Source: an uncultured bacterium (lineage in GTDB: Bacteria > Verrucomicrobiota > Kiritimatiellia > RFP12 > UBA1067). From it: a DNA stretch of 64,000 nucleotides. The notes under the pieces are model-generated. The model was not told the DNA's origin. It searched no databases and worked only from the letters and a program-made list of their open reading frames with translations. Position numbers and translations under genes: made by a program. Location: positions 571-64,570 of the forward strand of contig CACZCD010000008.1 of NCBI GenBank assembly GCA_902779565.1, given 5' to 3'. Positions 33,285 through 41,812 of the stretch are shown here, one piece after another. Every line of letters begins with the position of its first letter. Positions within the stretch are counted from its first letter, which is position 1.

Positions 33285-34913
33285 ATGCCGACGTTGAACT
33301 GGATGGGAAGGGAAAAGGCGACGAAGTCCGTCAAGGATGTCGTCATGAAGATTCTGCGCGAGGACAAGTCGCTGTCGTACCATGCAGACGGATTGCTTTC
33401 GCTACGGGGAGTTTCGGAGTCTCGGAGAGAGGGCGAAGACTCTAAAAATTCTCCAGATCTCCAAAACTCCAAGACTCCCAGTAGCGAAAGCAACAATGTC
33501 CTCGTCCACGGCGACAACTTGGAGGCGCTGAAGGCGCTGTTGCCGTTCTATGCCGGGCAGGTGAAGTGCATTTACATCGATCCGCCGTACAACACTGGCT
33601 CCGCGTTCGAGCATTACGATGACAACCTCGAACACTCCACATGGCTCAACATGATGTACCCGCGCCTTAAGCTCCTACGCGATTTCATGCGCGAGGACGG
33701 TAGCATTTGGATATCCATCGATGACGATGAGCAGGCGTACATGAAGGTCATGTGCGACGAGATATTTGGAAGGCAGAACTTTGTGGCAACCGTCGTCTGG
33801 CAAAAACGCACATCGCCAGACAATCGCTTGCGCCTTGGTGATGCGCACGATTACATTCTCGTTTATCAGAAGCACAAAGATAAATGGTTGTTTAATCAGA
33901 TAGAGGCGGGAGAGGATAGAAAGAAAGATTTTAAGAACCCTGATAACGATCCCCGCGGTCCTTGGGCCTCCGTTGATATTACAGGAATGAAGGGCCACGC
34001 TACGTCAAATCAGTTTTATACGATAATAACTCCAGCAGGTGTAGCCTTCCCGCCTCCGGATGGAAGATGCTGGGCATTGGCTGAAGACACATTTAATAAG
34101 TTACGTTCAGAGAATAGAATATGGTTTGGCAAAGATGGCAAATCGCGGCCAAGACAAAAAAGGTATCTTTCGGAGCTGAAGGGTCAAAATTGCTGGACGT
34201 GGTGGACTAAGGAGGAGGTTGGTCATAACCAAGAAGCAAAGAAAGAAGTCAATGTTCTATTCGGGGCGGATAACCCATTTGACACTCCAAAGCCAGAGCG
34301 CCTAATACAACGTATATTGACTCTTGCGACGAATCCGGGTGACCTTGTGCTTGATTCGTTTCTTGGCTCTGGTACGACAACGGCGGTTGCGCACAAGATG
34401 GGGCGGCGGTGGATCGGTATTGAGATGGGCGAACACGCGAAGACACATTGCGTGGTGAGGATGAAGAAGGTAGTCGATGGCGAACAGGGCGGAATCTCCA
34501 AGGCGGTGAAGTGGCAAGGTGGTGGCGGTTTCCGTTACTACGAGCTGGGCGAGGCAATCTTGAACGAGGACGGTTCGTTGACGGGTGACATTCCGTTTGA
34601 CGTGATGGCGGCGCATGTTTGGTTCTCCGAAACGAAGACGCCTTATATGGGCGGCAAGAAATCCACCGTTCTTGGAGTACATGTGGGGACGGCGTATGTG
34701 CTTCTGTACAATGGCATCCTCAAGGACAGGAGCGTGAACGGCGGCAATGTGTTGACGCGCAAGACGCTAGAGGTGATACAGGCGGATCTGGCGGGGCGTG
34801 ACTATGAGAAGATAGTCGTCTATGGCGAGGCGTGTCGTTTGATGGCGCCAACATTGGAGGCGTTGAAGATCGAGTTCCGCCAGACTCCTTACGACTTGGT
34901 GACGAGGAGGTGA
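33285..34913 (+). CDS. mod: type III restriction-modification methyltransferase (Mod, N6-adenine/N4-cytosine family)
   Basis: MPTLNWMGREKA start, VHGDNLEALKAL, IYIDPPYNTG (motif IV), DSFLGSGTT (motif I). AAGGAGAG SD at 33271-33278. The track start 33207 adds a spurious signal-peptide-like extension. Confidence 0.8.
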   Translation: MPTLNWMGREKATKSVKDVVMKILREDKSLSYHADGLLSLRGVSESRREGEDSKNSPDLQNSKTPSSESNNVLVHGDNLEALKALLPFYAGQVKCIYIDPPYNTGSAFEHYDDNLEHSTWLNMMYPRLKLLRDFMREDGSIWISIDDDEQAYMKVMCDEIFGRQNFVATVVWQKRTSPDNRLRLGDAHDYILVYQKHKDKWLFNQIEAGEDRKKDFKNPDNDPRGPWASVDITGMKGHATSNQFYTIITPAGVAFPPPDGRCWALAEDTFNKLRSENRIWFGKDGKSRPRQKRYLSELKGQNCWTWWTKEEVGHNQEAKKEVNVLFGADNPFDTPKPERLIQRILTLATNPGDLVLDSFLGSGTTTAVAHKMGRRWIGIEMGEHAKTHCVVRMKKVVDGEQGGISKAVKWQGGGGFRYYELGEAILNEDGSLTGDIPFDVMAAHVWFSETKTPYMGGKKSTVLGVHVGTAYVLLYNGILKDRSVNGGNVLTRKTLEVIQADLAGRDYEKIVVYGEACRLMAPTLEALKIEFRQTPYDLVTRR

Positions 34914-34917
34914 GGTT

Positions 34918-37596
34918 ATGAGCATGACATTGACGCATTATCAAGATCATACTTTGGCGGCGGTCAAGGCGTATTTCGAGCGCTGCGCTTTCGAGTCGCC
35001 GGAGGCCGCCTACAAGACGGTAACGGCGGAGGGCGACACGCGGCTGCGCCTGGGTGCGGACCATGGCTACAAGTCGCCGAAGGGGATGGAGAACGTGCCA
35101 ACTGTCTGCATCAAGGTTCCGACGGGCGGCGGCAAGACGATACTTGCGGCGCATTCGCTGAAAATCATCGCCGAGGCGCAGTCAAAGGATTATCCGTTCG
35201 TGTTATGGTTTGCGCCGAGCGACACGATACGGAAGCAGACGGCGGATGCATTCAAAAACGTGTTGCATCCGTATCGACAGGAACTTGACCGTCAGTTCGA
35301 AGGGCGCGTCAAGGTGTTCGACCTTGACGAGAAGTTCCAGATATTGCCGGAGGACATCGCGGACAACCTATGTATCGTTGTCAGTACCGTTCAGGCGTTC
35401 GTCCATGAGGAAACCGGAAAATACAACGTCTATCGGCATAACGAAGACATGGAGAAGCATTTCGGTGACATTGCGCTTGAGCCCGGTATGGAGGCGCAGG
35501 ACGAGGCGGTTGGCGGCGATCCGACGAAACCGAAGTTCTCTTTCGCCAATTTCCTGTGCCACATACGCCCGATCATCATTGTTGACGAGGCGCATCACAT
35601 GGTGACAGACCTCTCGCAGAAATCGTTGGTGCGTCTGAATCCATGCGCTGTCCTGGGCTTGACGGCGACGCCAGGACGCGACAACAATGTCCTTTACAGC
35701 GTCTATGCGCAGGAGCTTTTTGACGAAGAGATGGTCAAGTTACCGATTGAGCTGACGGAGTACAAGCTTGATTGGGAAAAGGCCGTTGTGTCGGCAAACG
35801 CCAAACGCGCGCAGTTGGCGAAGCTTGCGGCGGCGGAGAATGCCGCAAAAGAGGGCAAATATGTCCGGCCGATCGTTTTGTTTCAGGCGACGCCGAAGAA
35901 CGGCGACGTTCCCGTCGAGAAGCTGAAGGAGTATCTGACGGACACGTTGAAGATTCCGGAAGAGGAAGTCAAGATCGCAACGGGTGACCAGAAGGAACTG
36001 GACGATGTCAATGTCATGGATTCAGCCTGCAAGGTCAATTACGTCATTACCGTCCAGGCGTTGAAGGAAGGGTGGGATTGCCCGTTCGCCTACGTTTTCT
36101 GTTCACTCGCAAATGTCGGCAGCAGCAAGGACACGATTCAGTTGTTGGGGCGTGTGATGCGCATGCCGTATGCAAAAAGGCGCAAAACGCGCGAGTTGAA
36201 CCGTGCGTATGCGTTCGTCATGAGCAAGGAGTTCGGTTCCGCCGCCAAGGAGCTGACGGAAGGTCTCAAGAAGAAGGGCTTTTCGGAGGTTGAGGCATTC
36301 AAGGCCGTGCAGGAGAATCTGCCGGAGACAGGGGGCCTGGGCGACTTGTTCTCCGTGCCGTCGGATGTGGTCAAGTTGGACAAGGCGACGCTGGATGGCC
36401 TAGTCTTGCCTGTGGGAATCAAGGTTCAGGATTTTGCAAGCGGCGACGGAGAGATACAGCTTTCAGGTTCTGAAGACGACGGGGTGATTGAGCAAGTGGC
36501 CGTGCAACTTGCTCAAAACGGCATGCAGGAAAAGGCGCACGAGCTGAAGCTCAAGCACCAGAAGAAGAAGGCGCAAGTCGCAGCGCCGATTCCGGCGAAG
36601 AGCCATCCATGGAGGTTCCCGAGGCTTGGCGTTGAGATAGACGGGGACAGTCTGTTTTCGACAGATGCTGTCTATGAGACGATTGGGGACTCCATACTTG
36701 GCTTTCTGCCAGAGGCTCTTTCCGGGGATGAAATATCAATAAGCGGCAACGACGGGAAGACATTCATCCTGAAACTGGACGGAAACGAGATGACCGCACG
36801 GTTCGCGGCAGATGCACATGCCGAGTATTTAAAAGGTTTCTCGGGGAAGATAGAAGATTCTGATGTCGTCAATGTGTTGGACGGCATTACCAAGGATTGC
36901 GTGTTGTTGTTGCAGTCAGAAAAGCGGCATTGGTTGACTCAGATCGTTGCCGATCTTCGGGCCAATCATGGCATGACCTGCGAACAGATGGTTTTGGTGC
37001 GCTTCCAGATCAAGCAACGGTTGGAATGGCATCTGAGCGAGGCGCTTGGCAAGGCAAGGCGCAAGGCGTATCAGCAGACGTTCTGCCTGGGCGGCGATTA
37101 CAAGCTGTCTTTGGATCTGCCCAGAGGATTTGCGCTTGATGAACATATATACGCGGGTAATTCAGATGTATACAATGGAAGCTGGCGGTTCAAGAAACAC
37201 TATTTGGGGACTTATGCCATACCTAAGTTTGACGGCAAGAAACCATTTGGCGAGGGAGAGGAATTCGAATGTGCGAAGCTGATTGATTCTTCGTCAAAGG
37301 TCCTTTATTGGCTTCGAAACAAGGATTCCGATTCGGCTTCGTTTCGTTTGCCAATGGGAGGCAGGACGGAGTGGTTCTATCCTGACTTTGTCGGGGAACT
37401 TGTGGACGGCCGGTTTTTCGTGTTGGAATACAAGGGCGAGCTTACTGGGCAATCCGCTGATACAGTCGAAAAGACGGCCATCGGGAAACTCTGGGCCGCG
37501 CAAGATGCATCGCGCTATGTCTATGCCACGATATACGGTTCTTCGCCAAGCGGCCTGACTGTAGCGCAACAGATAGAAGATGCCTTCAAGAATTAA
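34918..37596 (+). CDS. res: type III restriction enzyme Res subunit (SF2 helicase plus C-terminal PD-(D/E)xK nuclease)
   Basis: VPTGGGKT (Walker A), IIVDEAHH (DEAH box), and a C-terminal YPDF...FVLEYKG nuclease motif. It starts 4 nt after the mod stop. Confidence 0.8.
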   Translation: MSMTLTHYQDHTLAAVKAYFERCAFESPEAAYKTVTAEGDTRLRLGADHGYKSPKGMENVPTVCIKVPTGGGKTILAAHSLKIIAEAQSKDYPFVLWFAPSDTIRKQTADAFKNVLHPYRQELDRQFEGRVKVFDLDEKFQILPEDIADNLCIVVSTVQAFVHEETGKYNVYRHNEDMEKHFGDIALEPGMEAQDEAVGGDPTKPKFSFANFLCHIRPIIIVDEAHHMVTDLSQKSLVRLNPCAVLGLTATPGRDNNVLYSVYAQELFDEEMVKLPIELTEYKLDWEKAVVSANAKRAQLAKLAAAENAAKEGKYVRPIVLFQATPKNGDVPVEKLKEYLTDTLKIPEEEVKIATGDQKELDDVNVMDSACKVNYVITVQALKEGWDCPFAYVFCSLANVGSSKDTIQLLGRVMRMPYAKRRKTRELNRAYAFVMSKEFGSAAKELTEGLKKKGFSEVEAFKAVQENLPETGGLGDLFSVPSDVVKLDKATLDGLVLPVGIKVQDFASGDGEIQLSGSEDDGVIEQVAVQLAQNGMQEKAHELKLKHQKKKAQVAAPIPAKSHPWRFPRLGVEIDGDSLFSTDAVYETIGDSILGFLPEALSGDEISISGNDGKTFILKLDGNEMTARFAADAHAEYLKGFSGKIEDSDVVNVLDGITKDCVLLLQSEKRHWLTQIVADLRANHGMTCEQMVLVRFQIKQRLEWHLSEALGKARRKAYQQTFCLGGDYKLSLDLPRGFALDEHIYAGNSDVYNGSWRFKKHYLGTYAIPKFDGKKPFGEGEEFECAKLIDSSSKVLYWLRNKDSDSASFRLPMGGRTEWFYPDFVGELVDGRFFVLEYKGELTGQSADTVEKTAIGKLWAAQDASRYVYATIYGSSPSGLTVAQQIEDAFKN

Positions 37597-37677
37597 GATG
37601 AAATGCGGACTGCTGGCTGGAGGGGGTGCTAGAGGGACAGACCCAATTTGTGGAGTAGAAATGGTGGAGTAGAGACT

Positions 37678-37818
37678 ATGGCGATGCCGCAGAGAGACGA
37701 TACGATAGAGGCGATCAAGCGACTTGACGCCTTGCTTGAGTATGCTGTCATGCATGGAGACGAGGAAGAGGCCGAACGCATCCGCGAGGAGTTGCGCAAG
37801 CTGACGGAATCGGTTTGA
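37678..37818 (+). CDS. 46-aa helical small protein, copy 1 of a 3-member family
   Basis: MAMPQRDDTIEAIKRLDALLEYAVMHGDEEEAERIREELRKLTESV*. It is not in the ORF track (<60 aa). It is conserved at protein level with 44250..44390 and the split copy at 41007. Confidence 0.55.
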   Translation: MAMPQRDDTIEAIKRLDALLEYAVMHGDEEEAERIREELRKLTESV

Positions 37819-38082
37819 ATGGCGGCAGTATGGTATGATCTGGCGAGGAGGAACACTATGATAACGAAGAGCGAATTGGGAAATCTGCTTGAGCCCACGG
37901 AGACGTGCCGTGTCGAGCAAACCAAGTCCACGACGGACAAGGACAAGTTCGGCGAGGCCGAGACGGGGAAGTCGGTCGTACTGGCGCCAGCGCCAACTGA
38001 CGACGAGGTGCTTGAATGACAAAGAGGGTGAACGGATGAAAATCTTAAACACACGAATGAACATTTTCAGAGGAGGCGGGAA

Positions 38083-39174
38083 GTGAAGAAGAAGATCGGT
38101 GTTCACCTTGCACACGGAAATAAAAGACCTGTCAAGACGCGGAAGTCAAGTCTTGCAGATCGCATCATAACGCTTGTCGAGGAGGCAAAGCGCAAGGTTG
38201 TCTCGGCGGTCAATGTCGCTCTTGTCTATACCTACTACGAAGTCGGGCGAATGATTGTGGAGGAGGAGCAGGGGGGCAAGAAACGTGCCCAATACGGCAA
38301 GGCACAGCTCCAGGCACTGTCGAAGAAGTTGACGGCACAGCTCGGCAAGGGATGGAGCGCGACGAATCTAGAATACATGCGCAAGTTGTTCCGCGTGTAT
38401 TCAAATTCACCAATTCCTCAAACCGGGTTTGAGGAATCTGACGTAAGTCCTCGGTCCGTGTATCCGTTTCGCCTAAGCTGGTCGCACTATCTCGTGTTGA
38501 TGAGGATGGACAATCCTGACGAGAGACGCTTCTATGAAATCGAAGCCGCCGAAAACGGTTGGGATCTGGACGAGTTGAAGCGACAATTCAATTCCTCTCT
38601 TTACGAGAGGCTTGCCCTCAGTCGCGACAAGAAGGGCGTACTCGAATTGGCGAAAAAAGGGCAAATTGTCAAAAGGCCGGAAGATGTCGTCAAAGATCCG
38701 TATGTGCTTGAATTCCTCGGCCTGGAAGAGAAAGCGCGATACAGCGAAACGGAATTGGAGTCACGGATAATCGAACACGTCGAGCAGTTCATACTAGAAA
38801 TGGGCAAAGGATTCATTCTGGTTGGGCGGCAAGTACGTTTCACCTTCGAGGAAAAGCATTTCAGGGTGGATCTCGTGTTTTACAATCGGATTCTTCGGAG
38901 CTTCGTGGTCGTCGACCTGAAAACAGGCGAGTTGACGCATCAGGATATCGGGCAGATGCAGATGTACGTGAACTACTACGACCGAATGGTGAAGCTGCCG
39001 GAAGAGAATCCGACCATCGGGATACTCCTTTGTGCGGACAAGAACGACGCCATTGTTGAAATGACGCTGCCGCAAGGCTCCAAGCGCATATTCGCGAGCA
39101 AGTACATGACCGTTCTTCCCGATAAGGAAACCTTGCGTCTACTCGTCCGCAAGCAGCTCGGAGGCGAGAAATGA
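38083..39174 (+). CDS. DUF1016/YhcG-family PD-(D/E)xK nuclease, copy 1
   Basis: WSHYLVLMRMDNPDERRFYEIEA, DPYVLEFLGL, ESELESRIIEH..FILEMGKGF.LVGRQ and RVDLVFYNRILRSFVVVDLKTGEL match the YhcG pattern. GTG start follows a GGAGG SD. Confidence 0.75.
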   Translation: MKKKIGVHLAHGNKRPVKTRKSSLADRIITLVEEAKRKVVSAVNVALVYTYYEVGRMIVEEEQGGKKRAQYGKAQLQALSKKLTAQLGKGWSATNLEYMRKLFRVYSNSPIPQTGFEESDVSPRSVYPFRLSWSHYLVLMRMDNPDERRFYEIEAAENGWDLDELKRQFNSSLYERLALSRDKKGVLELAKKGQIVKRPEDVVKDPYVLEFLGLEEKARYSETELESRIIEHVEQFILEMGKGFILVGRQVRFTFEEKHFRVDLVFYNRILRSFVVVDLKTGELTHQDIGQMQMYVNYYDRMVKLPEENPTIGILLCADKNDAIVEMTLPQGSKRIFASKYMTVLPDKETLRLLVRKQLGGEK

Positions 39175-39500
39175 AGAAGCAGGCCACGAAAAAGAACGAC
39201 AAAGAATACGACAGATTGGTTGCCGACATCTCGAAGATGGCCAAGTCGTTGGCGGGGCATTACGAGCAGTCTTGTGCCTTGCTCAAACCGACAATAGATG
39301 ACGCCTGTCGGAATCCCAGTTCGTACAGCGAAAAGGAGATCGAGCGGATTTTCGATCAGATACTGGATGTGTCGTGCTACAAGAAGGGGAAGCTGCTCTT
39401 CGACAGGCTGTGCAAGTGTTTTATGCCGATCTATCCTGATGCGGTTCGGTTCTACATCGACAGCGAAAAGGAAATGTATGGTGACGAAAACGACACTTGA
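39171..39500 (+). CDS. hypothetical 109-aa protein between the two DUF1016 genes
   Basis: The start overlaps the upstream stop (ATGA at 39171). No recognisable motif. Confidence 0.45.
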   Translation: MKKQATKKNDKEYDRLVADISKMAKSLAGHYEQSCALLKPTIDDACRNPSSYSEKEIERIFDQILDVSCYKKGKLLFDRLCKCFMPIYPDAVRFYIDSEKEMYGDENDT

Positions 39501-39553
39501 AGAACCTAAGAAACAGATTGCCGACGACGAGTGTGAGCTGATGGAGGTGAAAC

Positions 39554-40945
39554 ATGCGCAGTAAAAAGAAAACTGACTTTGAAAGTCTGGTCGGTCGGAT
39601 TCAGGCAACGTCGGAGGCGTTGCAGCAGGACGCGCTTGTGGTCATCAACCGCAGCGTAACAGCGCGGGCGTGGCTCACGGGCTACTACATCGTCGAGTAC
39701 GAACAGCACGGTGCTGACCGTGCAAAGTATGGCGAGAGGTTGTTGAAGAAACTTTCATCGAGGTTGGGATCTGATAAATACGCCGTTCCCACATTGAAAA
39801 CATATCGTCTTTTCTATAAGCTTTATCCTGAGCTTGCCGCTGAGATTTGCAGGTATCTGGAGAGCCGTTTCGGAAAAGGATCGACAGTGTCGAGCCAATT
39901 GCCGGGCGGCAACATCAACGTCTTGCCGGGAAAAGGATCGACACTGTCGAGCTTATCTGTGGAGCAGGGATTGCTTGTCTATTCTGGTGATGATATCGGC
40001 ATAGCACCATTCGCACTCTTCAACAACCTTTCGTATTCTCACATTTGCGAGTTGTTGCATCTTCCTGATCCGATGATGCGGACGTTCTATGCATTTGAGG
40101 CAATCCGCGGAACGTGGAGCGTGCGGGCCTTGCGCCGGCAGATTGACAGCCAGTACTATCAGCGCGTGGGATGGGCGAAGAATCCGCACAAGATCGCAGC
40201 GTTGGCGCAAGGGCGGGCGGAGAAGCTGGACGCGAAGGATTTCATCAAGCAGAAGACGGTTCTTGAATTCCTTGGATTGAAGCCCCGGGAAGATTGGGAT
40301 GAGTCGGATCTTGAGAAGGGGATCCTTGACAATCTCAAGAACTTCATTCGAGAGATGGGGGCCGGTTTCTGTTTCGAGGATCAGCAGCAGCACATCCTCA
40401 TCGATGATGTGTACGAACGGATTGATCTTGTATTCTACCACCGCATCCTTAAGTGCCACATCCTCATTGAGCTTAAGCCGAAGAAGCTCAACTACAAGGA
40501 TATTGCGCAACTTTCGCTCTATATGGCTTACTACCGTAAGAACAAGATGACGGCGGGCGACAATCCGCCGATCGGCATCCTTCTGTGCACGGGCGTAGGT
40601 AAAGAGACGGCCGAGTACCTCGCACCATTCACCGATCCGCAGCTTTTCCTCTCCGAGTATCAACTTCAGCTTCCCACGAAGGAGAGGTTCACCGAGTTCC
40701 TCAAGAAGGAAAACGAGGGGCTTCAGGCAAGTGTGGGAAAAGGTGTGGTAAAAAGTGGGGTAAAGATTCTGGAACTTCTCAAGGAGTTTCCGGAGATGAC
40801 GCGTGAAAGGCTGGCGGCGGAAGTGGGCCTGTCGGTAAGAGGCGTTGAAAAGAATCTCGCGCAACTGAAGGCTGCGGGCAAGATTCGCAGAATCGGTGGA
40901 CGCAAGGGCGGTCATTGGGAGGTCGTAAAAGGCGGCGGGAAGTAG
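39554..40945 (+). CDS. DUF1016/YhcG-family PD-(D/E)xK nuclease, copy 2, fused to a C-terminal winged-helix domain
   Basis: WSVRALRRQIDSQYYQR, LEFLGL, GAGFCFEDQQ and RIDLVFYHRILKCHILIELKPKKL. The C-terminal ILELLKEFPEMTRERLAAEVGLSVRGVEKNLAQLKAAGKIRRIGGRKGGHWEVV is a wHTH of the kind found at the C-terminus of AlbA_2/Schlafen-type proteins. Confidence 0.75.
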   Translation: MRSKKKTDFESLVGRIQATSEALQQDALVVINRSVTARAWLTGYYIVEYEQHGADRAKYGERLLKKLSSRLGSDKYAVPTLKTYRLFYKLYPELAAEICRYLESRFGKGSTVSSQLPGGNINVLPGKGSTLSSLSVEQGLLVYSGDDIGIAPFALFNNLSYSHICELLHLPDPMMRTFYAFEAIRGTWSVRALRRQIDSQYYQRVGWAKNPHKIAALAQGRAEKLDAKDFIKQKTVLEFLGLKPREDWDESDLEKGILDNLKNFIREMGAGFCFEDQQQHILIDDVYERIDLVFYHRILKCHILIELKPKKLNYKDIAQLSLYMAYYRKNKMTAGDNPPIGILLCTGVGKETAEYLAPFTDPQLFLSEYQLQLPTKERFTEFLKKENEGLQASVGKGVVKSGVKILELLKEFPEMTRERLAAEVGLSVRGVEKNLAQLKAAGKIRRIGGRKGGHWEVVKGGGK

Positions 40946-41006
40946 TAGTTGGCTATTTGTGGTTAGAGCTGGGAAGTTGACAGAGTAGAATGCATAGGGA
41001 AGCATC

Positions 41007-41427
41007 ATGGCGATGCCGCAGAGAGGCGATCCGCCTACGCCAAGGCTTCCGACTCCGCTGAAGCTTCCACCTACGCTAAAGCTACCGCCGCCGCGCTTTG
41101 CGCTAGGACGGACAAGACGGCGGACAAGACGGCGGACAAGTATGATCCTCCTTCGCGCTTGCGAGCTTCCGCCTTCGCCGAGCCTCCCCCCGTCACATCT
41201 TCATGCCCCACCCCTCCGACACATATTGCAATATGTGTACGAGCGTGTACGGTTGGTGATTAGTGGCTTCCGCCTCCGCGTATATGCTTTTGCGCGTCAA
41301 GTGCGTTGCTTGAATACGCCGTCAGGCCATTCCCGCTTTTATATAAATCCGGGAATGACCTGATATCGCCGAAGCCGAGGCCGCGCGCCTCCGTGAAGAG
41401 TTGAAGCGCCTCACCGACTCGATCTGA
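41007..41427 (+). pseudogene. split copy 2 of the 46-aa small-protein gene (about 336 bp replaces its middle)
   Basis: The 5' part atggcgatgccgcagaga (MAMPQRGD) is at 41007-41030. The 3' part ...AEAEAARLREELKRLTDSI* is at ~41364-41427. Unrelated repeat DNA lies between them. Confidence 0.6.
41063..41185 (+). repeat. 123-bp direct repeat, copy 1 (built from 18-nt and 12-nt sub-repeats)
   Basis: 119/123 identical to 42828-42950. It contains CCRCCTACGCTRAAGCTT-type 18-mers and GACGGCGGACAA x2. Confidence 0.85.
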
Positions 41428-41537
41428 AAGGAATCAAACCATGTTCACAGTTTATAAACCATGGACATCGTTGGTTACCACCGGATTTATATAAGTGCGG
41501 TGGTAAATGTGAGTGGTTTTTATATGCGCTGGCAGAT

Positions 41538-41566
41538 TTGCGGCAAAGGGCGGGGTGTGGTACAAT
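41538..41566 (+). promoter_or_regulatory. sigma70 promoter (TTGCGG-N17-TACAAT with TG extension), repeated at 44190-44218
   Basis: ctggcagatttgcggcaaagggcggggtgtggtacaat is near-identical to 44181-44218. It lies ~245 nt upstream of the second RhuM-like gene. Confidence 0.5.
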
Positions 41567-41812
41567 ACGCGGCGCTTTCGGGGATTGATGCCCTAGGTAG
41601 GGCTATAAAGCGAAAGTCGTCCGGACCGGGCTTGTGGCAAGCTGAGATCCACAGGAAACCGCATGGGCCGGGTAGCGAGGAAATCCGCTGAAACAACGCG
41701 GACGCCACTTCGGTGGCATGGCTGGCAGAGCCGATTCCAGACTGCAGCGGCGGCGTGTGCCGCCGATGATACGGCAACACATCCCGCATAGGCGGGCGAA
41801 AGGAATCGGACA

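Noticed and set aside
37294-38115. The 273-aa minus-strand ORF 37294..38115 and ORF 37629..38054(-) between res and the first DUF1016 gene.
   Set aside because: They are antisense to the res 3' end and to the conserved 46-aa ORF. They contain no recognisable motif, and the plus-strand small ORF is supported by two further copies conserved at the protein level.
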